Below, one piece after another: positions 1 to 11,643 of a stretch of 64,000 bases of DNA (positions within the stretch are counted from its first letter, which is position 1; each line of letters starts with the position of its first letter). The notes under the pieces were generated by a model. The model did not search any database. It was not told the DNA's origin and worked only from the letters and a program-made list of their open reading frames with translations. The position numbers and the translations under genes are program-made. Origin of the DNA: Octopus bimaculoides (taxonomy: Eukaryota). The DNA lies in contig NC_069000.1 in assembly GCF_001194135.2 (NCBI RefSeq), forward strand, positions 25,244,972 through 25,308,971. Direction: 5' to 3'.

Positions 1-100
1 CTGCAGTGCATGCGCACTAAGTTTAACGTTCTAGACCACTTCTGCTGTTTATAGCAGTGCTTTGAAGGAAGGTGTGTAGCGTGTGATCGTCGCATTGATC

Positions 101-425
101 ATGACGGAGAAAGTTGTCATGGCGATACCTGCTGACAGGCCTACGCAAAGTTGCAGAAAATGTATGGCGAGGAGTGTATGAGCCGCACACAAGTGTACGA
201 GTGGGTCAGACGTTTCCAAGACGGCCAAAAAATGTTGATATTGATGAACGTTCTGGGAGACCCGCAACCAGCAGAACTGAGAAAAACTTCACAGATATGC
301 GTGCAGCAGTGAGGGAAAAAAGTCGAATCGCAATCCGTAAGTTATCGTGCTTGCCAAGTTTGTGCCAAAACTGCTTTCAGCTGACCAAAAAGACATTCGG
401 GTTTCAGTTGCACAAGAAATCATTG
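101..425 (+). mobile_element. mariner transposase N-terminal relic (HTH region to the KFVPKLL motif), frameshifted
   Basis: Frames join to KLQKMYGEECMSRTQVYEWVRRFQDG..NVDIDERSGRPATS and AKFVPKLLSADQKDIRVSVAQE, typical of the mariner DNA-binding domain and the WVPxxL-type motif. Confidence 0.85.
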
Positions 426-564
426 TTGAAATATTTTGTGTATCGTAGAAGTGTAACCAGTTTATTGCAGAAAAATTTTAACAACAAAATCTTATGTGGG
501 CCCCCAGGGGCCATATGGACCCTGGTTAAGAAACACTGTTCTATATAATTTAGCATATATTCCG

Positions 565-850
565 CCTCCAAGTCTCTCTTTCTCCACCTCTCTCTTTCTC
601 CACCTCTCTCTTTCTCCTCCTCTCTCTTTCTCCACCTCTCTATTTCTCCACCTCTCTCTTTCTCCACCTCTCTCTTTCTTTAGTTCAACTTTACATCTGT
701 CTCACTCTCTTTCTCACTCCATTTCCGTTTTACTCTTCTTCTCTCCTTTCCTCTCTCACCCCATCTCTCTAACTCCTCTCTCTAACTCTCTCTCTCTAAC
801 TCTCTCTCTCTCTCTCTCTCACTCTCTCTCTCTCTTTCCTTTCCTCTGTA
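565..850. repeat. CT-rich microsatellite with tandem CTCTCTTTCTCCAC units
   Basis: Directly visible; it accounts for the Ser/Leu-rich ORFs 404..667 and 496..921. Confidence 0.95.
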
Positions 851-1599
851 CAGGAAGCTGGCGGCTGTCTTTAGAAACAGTGTGTATATTCAACACAACA
901 GATCTCCACACAAAATATTGATTTCAACTCTGGTAAACAATTTCTCTTATTTCTCTTTCCTTTCTTTCTTCCTTCCTTTCTCCTCCTTCTCCTCATCTCA
1001 CCTCACATCTTCCTTCACAGACTAAACGGTGTTCTATGAATAGAATTCTACTCCGTCTGCAATTAGAGACAATACTCCATTCTTGTGGAACACATGTGAA
1101 ACTACGCAGCGCATCCATAAACCGTGACGTACGAATAAAGTCGGTCATCTATTTCGAGACGGAACGCAGTAGACAGACTAAACAGATTCACACACAGACA
1201 TAGGTGACGATATATGTGTGTACACGTGTGTGTGTATGTGTGTGTGTGTGAGTTTGTGCGTGTGTATGTGCGTGCGTGCGTATTTACAGCCGATGCGGGT
1301 TCAAGTCTCATGTGCAACCTTCGGTTTTTTTCTATCTAAAAGGTTTTTAACCCAATATTTACACGATGTCATAAATAGGTTTATCCTGTTTCGTGATTCC
1401 CTGTTCCAATACATACATATATGCACACACACATACATACATACATACATGCATACATCAACATAGCGTCGAATACAGACATGTTAGCATTGAGGACTTT
1501 TCTTTCTCCCAGTTACTGAATACTATAATTTTTGCCATTAATGCAAGCCTGGTAAAAGAAATGGTTATTTTTCTTTGAGTAAATGTAAAGAAACAACCT

Positions 1600-3502
1600 T
1601 TTTTGCAAAGATCGTATCAATAATCAAATAGTGAAATACACATCACGTGGAAAGATTACTATACATCTACCATGGAGACTAAAGAACCCGGAATCAGCTT
1701 TCGTAGATCGCGGAACTATAGAGAAAAAATTATGTGGACTTTTAAACTGAACCAAGACCTGAGCCATTTCTACAAAAAGGCTTGGGAAGATCTCTCTATG
1801 GGCTACATGAAGAGACAAAGAATATCGGGATAAGAAATACCCAACATTCTCCGATTTTTCAGCAAAGTAATTACGTCAGCAAGTCACACTTGTTAAACAG
1901 AAATATATCACTTTACCGAACAAAGTCGCTCAGCTAAAATGCACAAATAATACTATTTGTATTAATTACACAGCAAACTTCTTTGATGAAGAGACTGTGA
2001 ACGACAAGAAACATGACCAAGACGAACACAACAGTAACAAACCGCCACCACTATTCGGACATGTGGCAGCTACTTATGATCCCACAAAATCAATTAAGGT
2101 TTAACGAATACTAAAATTGCAGGGTGCATTCAAATTCAAACAGAACTTCATTACTTATATACATAAGGCACTGCATGAGAGAACAATACCGACACGGAAA
2201 AACCCACCGACCTGGTGTTATCCGTGATCGCCGAAATTGCGACAGAATAAGTAGCTCAAATCCAAACTCCCATCTTTTGGACAACAAATGTCCTGCTACA
2301 TTGTGCTGCAGTAACTGTACACCAACAGAGGGGTTGATCCAAAGGATAGTATAGAGCAAGGATAATATAGAGTTAGAGAGGCTGATCCAAAGGATAATAT
2401 AGAGCAAAATGGATTACCCTTCTCTAAAATGACATAAACGGTCTCAGAAAAAAAAAAAAAAGACAGCTGGACACTGTCATCAAATGCAAGTTTACGAATA
2501 ACCATCTATGGTGATAGGTTCTCCAAGTTGTATGAGAACTGCCGCCGAGAAACACTCACAAGCAAACTGATCAGCTTCAAACACTACATACGAGCGGAAA
2601 GTGAAAAACTTNNNNNNNNNNTCAGCTTCAAACACTACATACGAGCGGAAAGTGAAAAACTTTGTTACTATAAAAAAATTACATGAGCGGAAAATGATAA
2701 ACCGAAAGTTTGTCCGAAATCCACAAGCTGTATATCAGAGTATGAAAGGCGATACCATGAAGGTAGTAAATGCTCCTCTCTAAGAAGACCTAGAGTCATT
2801 TTGGAGGGGAATCTAGAATGTAAACAAAGAACACAACGGCGATGCAGCATGGTTAAACGACCTACGAAACGAGTACTGTGTAAATGTCTCTTCCAAAACA
2901 TAAACACCATGAACGAAACACTCCTGATGGTTATTATGAAACTGCCGAATGAAAAATCACTTGAGAGAGGCCTGATAGTAGGTTACTGGTACAAAAAGCT
3001 CACCGTTCTACGAGGAAATTCTTACAAAGGACGCTCAGCTAGATATACCTGATTGGCTGATGGTTGCACTGACTACTCTTACCTTCAAAAACAAAGCGAC
3101 CCATTTTGCCTAAACCTATAGTCCCGTGACTTGTTTGAAGGCTACAATCTGTACACAAGTCTGAATATGTTTCTCCAAGATAACTGATGAATAGGCAAGA
3201 GGAAAGATAGAAGTCTGGGGCTGTGCTGAGCAACCCCTCCTCAAAGAAGCTGTCCTTAAGGAAGCCAGGCAACATCACCGCAATCTCTTAACAATATGGC
3301 TAAACTACAAGACGGCGTTCGATTCTGTGCCACACTCATGGACGATAGAATCACTATACCTTGCCAAAGTACCCGTTGATATAGCCAATGCCATTGAAAG
3401 AATGACCACAACATAGTTCACACAGTTATTGCTGGAAACTACTAAAGCAACACCTTTTCTTACAAACAGAAGTGAGCTATCAACAGGCATATTCCAGGGT
3501 GA
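1600..3502 (+). mobile_element. R4/Dong-like non-LTR retrotransposon, 5' half and RT N-terminus, decayed
   Basis: Translated fragments LESFWRGI*NVNKEHNGDAAWLNDLRNEYC, LIVGYWYKKLT, PDWL, KAVLKEARQHHRNLLTIWLNYKTAFDSVPHSWTIESL; ends at GIFQG (RT motif 4). Confidence 0.85.
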
Positions 3503-3515
3503 ACAGTTGTAAGTT

Positions 3516-3705
3516 GATCCGGACTTTTTTTTTCGAAGGTTATCACTGGTGATGAAAGCTTCTGCTACGGCTACGACCCAGAAACGAAGTAGCCATCAGG
3601 TCGATGGAAGCACTGAATGTCACCACGCTCTCCCCCCGCAAAAGCGCATCAAATGAGATCCAGTGTCAAGATGATGCTGGTTTGTTTCATCGATGTGAAA
3701 CTCAT
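3516..3705 (+). mobile_element. mariner transposase relic, first catalytic Asp region
   Basis: DPDFF..KVITGDESFCYGYDPETK*..RSSVKMMLVCFIDVK. Confidence 0.85.
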
Positions 3706-4287
3706 GTGAAATGAGTTCCAACATTAATTTAGTTAGTACCAGCCTTTAACAACATAGTTTTCGTCTCTGAGGACAACCCCAACAGAATTAAATTTATGTA
3801 TAATAATTCTAAGATTATTAGATCTTACAAATGTAAACATTGGCAGAAACGCACCTTTAGCTCATATAAGTGATTTATACCAGTCTGTATAGTTTGAGTA
3901 TTTAGTTGACCTTGCACTCTACTTCAATAGAGAAATCTACTTCCAAGCCTTTGAACATTTTTTCAGCCAACATATCCCTCTATATCTCTTCTTTATTTGT
4001 TCTCTACTTATTATTTCTTTACCCCTTCTCTTCCTATGGTCCACCTTTGACGTCAGATCAACTAACGGTTATTTAAAAATACTTAATAGCGTTCTATTTA
4101 TCATTTATGCAATCATCAAAATTGTTATTATGCCTTGTTGTTGAGATTGGTTCTCCTTCTTTCCTGATGAGAAAATTACATTATTTTACACCGTTTATTC
4201 CTTTGAAATAAAACCAATGTTGTCTTCGAAACATATGACGAAAGTAAAAAAATTTGGATAACATCTGCGTTTAACTTCATTTATTTA

Positions 4288-4319
<32 letters not shown>

Positions 4320-4320
<1 letters not shown>

Positions 4321-4481
4321 GACAGATTTCTTTCAGTTTCCGTCTACCAAATCCGCTCACAAGGCTTTGGTCGGCCCGAGGCTATAGTAGAAGACACTTA
4401 CCCAAGGTGCCAAGCAGTGGGACTGAACCCGGAACCATGTGGTTGGTAAGCTAGCTACTTACCACACAGCCACTTCTGCGC
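4320..4481 (-). mobile_element. tRNA-derived SINE, family A head with CORE-like ACCTTGGG(C/T)AAGTG segment
   Basis: Reverse complement GTGGCTGTGTGGTAAG..GGTTCCGGGTTCAGTCCCACTG (A/B-box-like); homologous to copies at 6105 and 17745. Confidence 0.85.
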
Positions 4482-4617
4482 ATTTGAGACAGTTTTTAAC
4501 CAAAAATGGCACGACCTCGTTTACTCACCCTCCCTATTCACCCGATCTTGCTCCCTGCGACGTTTTTTTTGCAGATGTGGAAGAGGTGAAGAGAAAAACA
4601 ACGGAGACGTTAAAAGG
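4482..4617 (+). mobile_element. mariner transposase C-terminal relic
   Basis: LRQFLTKNGTTSFTHPPYSPDLAPCDVFF..ADVEEVKRKTTETLK; runs into an N gap. Confidence 0.85.
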
Positions 4618-5254
4618 NNNNNNNNNNNNNNNNNNNNNNNNNNNNNNNNNNNNNNNNNNNNNNNNNNNNNNNNNNNNNNNNNNNNNNNNNNNNNNNNNNN
4701 NNNNNNNNNNNNNNNNNNNNNNNNNNNNNNNNNNNNNNNNNNNNNNNNNNNNNNNNNNNNNNNNNNNNNNNNNNNNNNNNNNNNNNNNNNNNNNNNNNNN
4801 NNNNNNNNNNNNNNNNNNNNNNNNNNNNNNNNNNNNNNNNNNNNNNNNNNNNNNNNNNNNNNNNNNNNNNNNNNNNNNNNNNNNNNNNNNNNNNNNNNNN
4901 NNNNNNNNNNNNNNNNNNNNNNNNNNNNNNNNNNNNNNNNNNNNNNNNNNNNNNNNNNNNNNNNNNNNNNNNNNNNNNNNNNNNNNNNNNNNNNNNNNNN
5001 NNNNNNNNNNNNNNNNNNNNNNNNNNNNNNNNNNNNNNNNNNNNNNNNNNNNNNNNNNNNNNNNNNNNNNNNNNNNNNNNNNNNNNNNNNNNNNNNNNNN
5101 NNNNNNNNNNNNNNNNNNNNNNNNNNNNNNNNNNNNNNNNNNNNNNNNNNNNNNNNNNNNNNNNNNNNNNNNNNNNNNNNNNNNNNNNNNNNNNNNNNNN
5201 NNNNNNNNNNNNNCTTAGCTTTCAAGTTTCGTCAGAACTTGATTTCATATGCCA

Positions 5255-5378
<124 letters not shown>

Positions 5379-6104
5379 GCTTAAATGCGATAAATGTTTT
5401 GAGTGGGGTAATCTAAAGTCGTGTGCGGTAAGGTGAAATTCCCTTTCACCTACCACCCAGGGGTAAATCCTAGTAATCTGAACACGATTTCAAGTTACCA
5501 GTAAGGGGTAAGGTGAAACAGAGTTAATCTGAAATGATTACACCGGCTTAAAGACGCATGTGACAAAAAAAAAAAAAATGATAAATATATAAATAAAAAT
5601 TGGAAAATAAAACCAAAACCGCTTCTTCCACAAGACACCATTAACAACTTCCCAGCATGCCGTAACCAGGGTTATCTCATATCGCAGAGCTATACTGTTT
5701 GCATACCATTCAATCAAACAACACAAGCGGTCGTTTACATGTTTGTGTGTGCGCGCGCGCGAGTGTGTGTGTGTATGTATACTTCTGTGTGTGTGTGTGT
5801 GTGTGTGTGCGTGTGTGTGTGTACACATACATTCATACTCACATATATACATATATACATTTATATATAACAGATAAAAGGGGATTAAAATCCCAGCTGG
5901 ATCCTCAGTAAGTACATCTGCGAATACCGGCTATCAAAGTGTATATCTGTAGATGTTTTATGTTAAAGATTATCTGTCTGCCTGCCTGCCTGTCTGCCGG
6001 TCTGCCTACTTTATACGCTACAAATACATTTGACATTACTCCCTTTTTTTCAAAGCCAGTATCCTTTTCTAATTTCAATATATTTACATACATACAATGA
6101 CAAT

Positions 6105-6297
6105 AGGTGCAAGAGTGGCTGTATGATAAGTAGCTTGCTTACCAGCCGCATGGTTCCGGGTTCTACTATAGCCTCGGGCCGACCAAAGCCTTGTGAGTGG
6201 ATTTGGAAGACGAAACTGAAAGAAGCCCGTCATGTATACACACACACACACATACACGCACACACACACACATACACAGACACACAAACACACACAT

Positions 6298-6379
<82 letters not shown>

Positions 6380-6597
6380 TTGTGTGTCTATGTTTGCCCT
6401 CCCCAACATCACTTGACAACCGATGCTGGTGCGTTTGCGTACCCGTAACCTAGCGGTTCGGCAAAAGACCCCGATAGAATGAGTACTACGCTTACAAAGA
6501 ATAAGTCCCGGGGTCGATTTGCTCGACGACTAAAGGCGGTGCTCCAGCATGGCCGCAGTCAAAGTGACTGAAACAAGTAAAAAAAATAAAAGAATAA
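6105..6597 (+). mobile_element. complete family A SINE: tRNA-like head, internal CA/TA/TG microsatellite, 3' module ending GACTGAAACAAGTAAAA
   Basis: Head matches 4320-4481; tail matches 11195-11345 (-) and 36955-37168 (+); carries a 35-bp head deletion. Confidence 0.85.
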
Positions 6598-7837
6598 TAC
6601 ATACATGCATGCATACCTACCTACCTACCTACCTACCTACCTACCTACCTACCTACCTACATAAACATGATTAGATAAAGATGTGTGTATGTATGTGTGT
6701 GTGCGTGCGTATGTTTGGCGGATTGCAGACACTTTTCCTTCAGTCATAATTAGTTGACAAATGAAACATTTTTGTTATATGTTTTAGGTTTCATTGTCAT
6801 CATTTCATTTTTATCTCACACTTTCACATTGTTTGCTGTTGGTCATCGTGGTCATCGTGGTCATCGCTATCATCGCCTTTTTTCTTCGTCGTTGTTGTTG
6901 ATGTTATTGTTATTGTTAATGTCGCTTGAAATGTATAAATATTTTTTCCCAGGACCATATTTGCAGGCAGTATTTCACATGACTATCATCAAGGTATTCC
7001 AGACTTGTATAAAATGACAGATGTCATCACGAAAGAGAAAAAAAAAAAGCATAAAAAAAGAAGGAAAACAACGAAAATAACCATCACCATTGAAAACAAT
7101 CCAAAAACAAGAACTACAAATGCATATAAATAAAAAAAAAACTAAAATAAAAGAAAAAGCAAAAAGAAAAAGAAAAGCAAAGAAAATATACAGTAAAAGC
7201 AATAATTCAGAATATTAATTACAAACATAAAATAATATATTAAAAAATAACAAAAAGGAGCAGTGACATACTTATATACAGATAGACATATTGTAAGCGT
7301 GTTGAATGAAATGACTAAAATATGAATATAGGAGCTTAATAGCAAGGGACTTGTTATCAGATGACGTGGAGAGTAGTTGTTTAGCTCCAACTCAAGGTTG
7401 GCCAAGTAGAGCTATGATCAATGGTATCCTTACCCTCCCAACACGACCACTATATTTGATGTATCATTAACTACATTGTGCCTACGATGTCCAATGTGTC
7501 CTTCCTTAATTTTTTTTGAAGATGGTAGTTTGACTAATTTGAGGGAGATTTTGGCTGTTACTCCTAGCGTGTCGAGCGACCACAGAGAGGCTCCTTTGTC
7601 TTGTTCAAATTCGCCCCATCCATTCACTAGCGTAAATGAAAGTTCTCCTTTGAGTGACGAATTGTTATTTCTAGCGGACCATGTGTCCACATAAAAACTG
7701 TGTTGTGGTGGCAAGTTTAAATGCTTTTTCCTTGTTCAGTGTTGTTAACATTTCAATTAAAATCAATATCCACGGATGTTATCTTGTATCGAACTCAAGA
7801 TCCTCAAAACACTTATTGGGCAGCACAGATCAATATT

Positions 7838-8040
7838 GGTTTCTAATTTTGAAGACAAAACCAGCAGGTTTGAGGGAGGGAATAAGTGGATTATATCGCT
7901 CCAGCACGCAATTGGTACTTATTTTATCGATTCCAAAAGGATGAAAGGCAAAGTCAACCCCGGTGGAATTTGAACTCTGAACGTAAAGACAGATGAAATG
8001 CTGCGAAGCATTTTGCTCGGGTCTGCCAGCTCGCCGCCTT
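7838..8040 (-). mobile_element. family B SINE (AAGGCGGCGAGCTGGCAGA head; GACTTTGCCTTTCATCCTTT..GATAAAATAAGTACC centre) with candidate TSD
   Basis: Homologous to 59903-60062; flanked by the direct repeat GATCAATATT at 7828-7837 and 8047-8056. Confidence 0.85.
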
Positions 8041-8229
8041 AGTACTGATCAATATTAAATATGCTTTCTTTTTATCTTATGATAAATTTGTAAACAAAGT
8101 TTGGTGGTGGAGAAAGAATTGGTTACCTCCAATTGGCTGAAGATCTGGCTGTTGTTTCTAGCAGGTCGAGAAGCCACATAACTATTTCTTGTGCGTTGGA
8201 GATCAGATGGTATGTCAGCAATCTAGGCA

Positions 8230-8400
8230 TATGATTAGCTAAAATTACATTAAGTAAAATACTTGTAAGGTCTTTATTATTAACTTGAAATAAATGAATG
8301 TAATTTTCGTCATCTGCAAAATAATGATGAGTTGTTCATAAATGAAGTGTTCAATGCCATCCATCTCCTTCGTGTCTAGTTTTATATCACAGTGACCTTG
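8230..8400 (-). mobile_element. possible highly decayed CR1/L2-like RT fragment
   Basis: Only motif seen is HHYFADD on the minus strand. Confidence 0.3.
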
Positions 8401-8733
8401 CCCTTGACACATCCTTTAATAAAAGCTAATGAGTGCTGCACTCTCAATGGGTTTCCAGCACGCCGGACACCAGCCCGGAATTCCCGAGGAGTAGTGCTGT
8501 TGTCTGATAGTAGTTCAACCTACACTAGGTTCTTCTGTCCTTTTGACAGGCCTTGTTTTTAGTCCTGGATTTCTAGCAACCCTCCTCAACAGGCACGCCT
8601 AGTGGTAGTGCCGGGTTAGTTAAATGGCCGACGGCCCGACCATATAACAAGTTGTACTGCCTTCCATGTCACCGGTAGCACTTATGAGAAACCTCACAAG
8701 TGACATTACATTACACACGCACGCACACACACA

Positions 8734-8774
<41 letters not shown>

Positions 8775-8782
8775 ACACACAT

Positions 8783-8835
<53 letters not shown>

Positions 8836-8846
8836 GATATGTACAT

Positions 8847-9260
8847 ATGTAACTCAGAGTCTGAATAGCAACTATGTTGCAAGAAACAAGAGTTAAAACC
8901 CTTAAAGCTGTATGAAGCGCGCAATATATATACACTGACAGGGGAGATAACCACCCAATGAGCGAAGCTAGGAACATTGATTAGACTAGTTTCATTTATC
9001 AGTTGCTGACTCGTAAGCAGTGCCTACTCTATCACTCGGACGGGTTAGCTAAATCGATCTGTCAGTATATATTTACCATATAAATTTATTTCTGATTTAG
9101 CGAAATGCTAATGTGTATACTAAAAATTAATATAAAAAGCTAGGAGCAATATAAGGCAGTAAAAGAAAAAAATTATCGTGACTAATTGTGACTGGGTGCT
9201 GAATAGCACCTCTATTGCAAGAAATAAGAGCTAAAACCCTTAATGCTGTATGAAGCACAC

Positions 9261-9295
<35 letters not shown>

Positions 9296-10107
9296 AATAG
9301 GTACTTTTGACGAGTCTACAACTGGTAGGCGAAACTAGTTTAGTCCAGTGCTCCTAGCTTCGCTCATAGGGCGGTTATCGGATCTTTTTTAAAACGGGGG
9401 CCACATTTTTCATTAACGAAACACTTTGAAACTTGGATCACTGGTAGAATGTGTCATATAAAACATCTTTTTCTCTTAGTCTTCTTAAAAAAAAAAGAAA
9501 TCCATAAATTATTCCATGTTAAANNNNNNNNNNNNNNNNNNNNNNNNNNNNNNNNNNNNNNNNNNNNNNNNNNNNNNNNNNNNNNNNNNNNNNNNNNNNN
9601 NNNNNNNNNNNNNNNNNNNNNNNNNNNNNNNNNNNNNNNNNNNNNNNNNNNNNNNNNNNNNNNNNNNNNNNNNNNNNNNNNNNNNNNNNNNNNNNNNNNN
9701 NNNNNNNNNNNNNNNNNNNNNNNNNNNNNNNNNNNNNNNNNNNNNNNNNNNNNNNNNNNNNNNNNNNNNNNNNNNNNNNNNNNNNNNNNNNNNNNNNNNN
9801 NNNNNNNNNNGGTTAGGGTTAAAGCAAATTTAAAATGAAAAAAGCAAATAAAACGAAGAATCGTTTGTTTATGTAGTCGGCACTTAATGTATATCGGCTG
9901 AATGGACGTCAGTGATTGGTTGAAATTATCGAAATAAGACAATTTTTTACATGAAATAAATTCGAATACAAAAATATTTTTCTGTTCTATAACACAAAAT
10001 AGATAAGTATACGAAGTTTGAAAGTCTTTCGGTACCAAAAGCACTACGTAAAACATTAATGAAAAATGTGGCCCCCGTTTTAAAAAAGATCCCGGTTATC
10101 TCCCGTC

Positions 10108-10151
<44 letters not shown>

Positions 10152-10290
10152 GCGCTTCATACAACATTAAGAGTTTTAACTCTTATTTCTTGCAATATAG
10201 GTACTATTCAGCACCCTCAGTCACAATTAGTGACGATTAAATTTTTCCTTTATGGTCTTATATTGCGCCTAGTGTATTATATATGAAAAC
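8847..10290. repeat. unclassified local repeat family in three copies: 8847-9025 (+), 9135-9292 (+), 9295-10290 (-, interrupted by a MITE)
   Basis: Shared core TGAATAG..TTGCAAGAAA(C/T)AAGAG(T/C)TAAAAC..TGTATGAAGC..(TA)n..GATAACC..TGAGCGAAGCTAGG. Confidence 0.8.
9380..10092. mobile_element. MITE copy 1 (Merlin-like), TIR GGATCTTTTTTAAAACGGGGGCCACATTTTTCATTAA, 8-bp TSD CGGTTATC
   Basis: Perfect TIRs at both ends; TSD at 9372-9379 and 10093-10100; contains an N gap. Confidence 0.9.
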
Positions 10291-10292
10291 TA

Positions 10293-10590
10293 GCACTCCG
10301 TCGGTTACGGCAACGAGGGTTCCACCTGATGCATTCAACGGAGCAGCCTGCTTAGGAAGTTAATGGGGAAGTGGCTTAACGTAGTTCTCAGGGATTTTCA
10401 GCGTGATACAGAATGTGACAAGGCTGGCTCTTTCAATCACAGGTACAACTCATTTTCGCCAGTTGAGTGAACAGGAACAACATGAAATAAATTTTGTCTT
10501 GCTCAAGGACACAATGTGCTGCCGGGAATCGAACTCACAACCTTACGATCGTGAGCCGAATACCCCTATACACTAAAGCAATACGTATGT
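10293..10590 (-). mobile_element. family C tRNA-derived SINE
   Basis: Minus strand GTGAGTTCGATTCCCGG B-box followed by TGTGTCCTTGAGCAAGAC; tail homologous to 29342-29467. Confidence 0.75.
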
Positions 10591-11194
10591 GTGTGCGTGT
10601 GAGTGTGTGTGTGAGTGTGTGTGTGTGTGAGTGTGTGTATGCAAATGTGTGTGGGTGTATTCTTGTAAAGGTTTCAAGACAGATGACGAGACAGAATTCT
10701 GAAAAAGAAAAGAAAAGGAAAGCCTACGTAATTTCTCTGTTATTACTCTACCGTTACCATCGCCATCCAGATGTGTTTCACTGCTGAGTGCAAATCGATT
10801 GTTTCACTGTGAGCTTTTAAAAATATTTTTATTATAAATATTCTGATAGACATGTCATATGTGTGTGTGTTTGCGTTTGTGTGCATGTATTTGGATGTAT
10901 GCACGCGTACACACACACACACACACACACAGACACACACACGCACACACACACACACATACATACAGCCTCTCCATCTAACCACTACGTTTTGGTGCAT
11001 GCATATGGTTGTCTTTAAACTATAACATCTGTAGATCTGAGTGTAATTACATGAGAGTGAGTATGTGTGCAGTTACTCCTATGCATCTGTCTGTGTGTGT
11101 TTTCTTTGCATGAATTTGTACGAGTCTGTTGTGCCTGATATTGTGGTTGTGTATTAACGAATGATATTTGTATGTAAACGTTATATATCTTTTA

Positions 11195-11345
11195 TTTTTT
11201 ACTTGTGTCAGTCAATGCATTGCGGTCATGCTTGAAGTGATCACTCGAACAAATCGATCCTCGAAAATATTTTTACCAAACCGCTAGTTCACGGGAAAAT
11301 AAACAAATCAACATCGGTTGTCAATCCGTGGTTGGGGACAAACAC
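11195..11345 (-). mobile_element. family A SINE 3' module, decayed
   Basis: Matches the reverse complement of 6385-6597 (ACATCGGTTGTCAA, TACTTGTGTCAGTC). Confidence 0.7.
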
Positions 11346-11474
11346 AAGCACAAAGGCACGCACACCCCACACACACACATACATACATACATACATACAT
11401 ACATACATACATACATACATACATACATCTAAGCTACTACTATATTTGTTCCTAGTGCAAGTCAATCACTAATA

Positions 11475-11643
11475 ATGGTTTCAAATCTTGGCACAAGGTC
11501 AGCATTTTCGTGAGAGGGAATAAGTCGGTTATATCGATTCCGGTACTCAACTGATATTTTTTTTATCGAACCCGGAAGAATGAAAGGCAAAGTCGACCAG
11601 GTCGGCCTTTGAACCCAGAGCGTAACGTCGGAAGAAATGCCGC
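11475..11643 (-). mobile_element. family B SINE interrupted by MITE copy 2
   Basis: GGAAGAATGAAAGGCAAAGTCGACC..GAAATGCCGC directly abuts the MITE TIR. Confidence 0.8.

Noticed and set aside
2572-2661. 40-bp direct repeat flanking an 11-N gap
   Set aside because: Typical overlapping contig ends left unmerged by the scaffolder; an assembly artefact.
4439-5218. 259-aa ORF with the mariner YSPDL motif
   Set aside because: A chance fusion of an antisense SINE head, a short mariner relic and N bases; not a gene.
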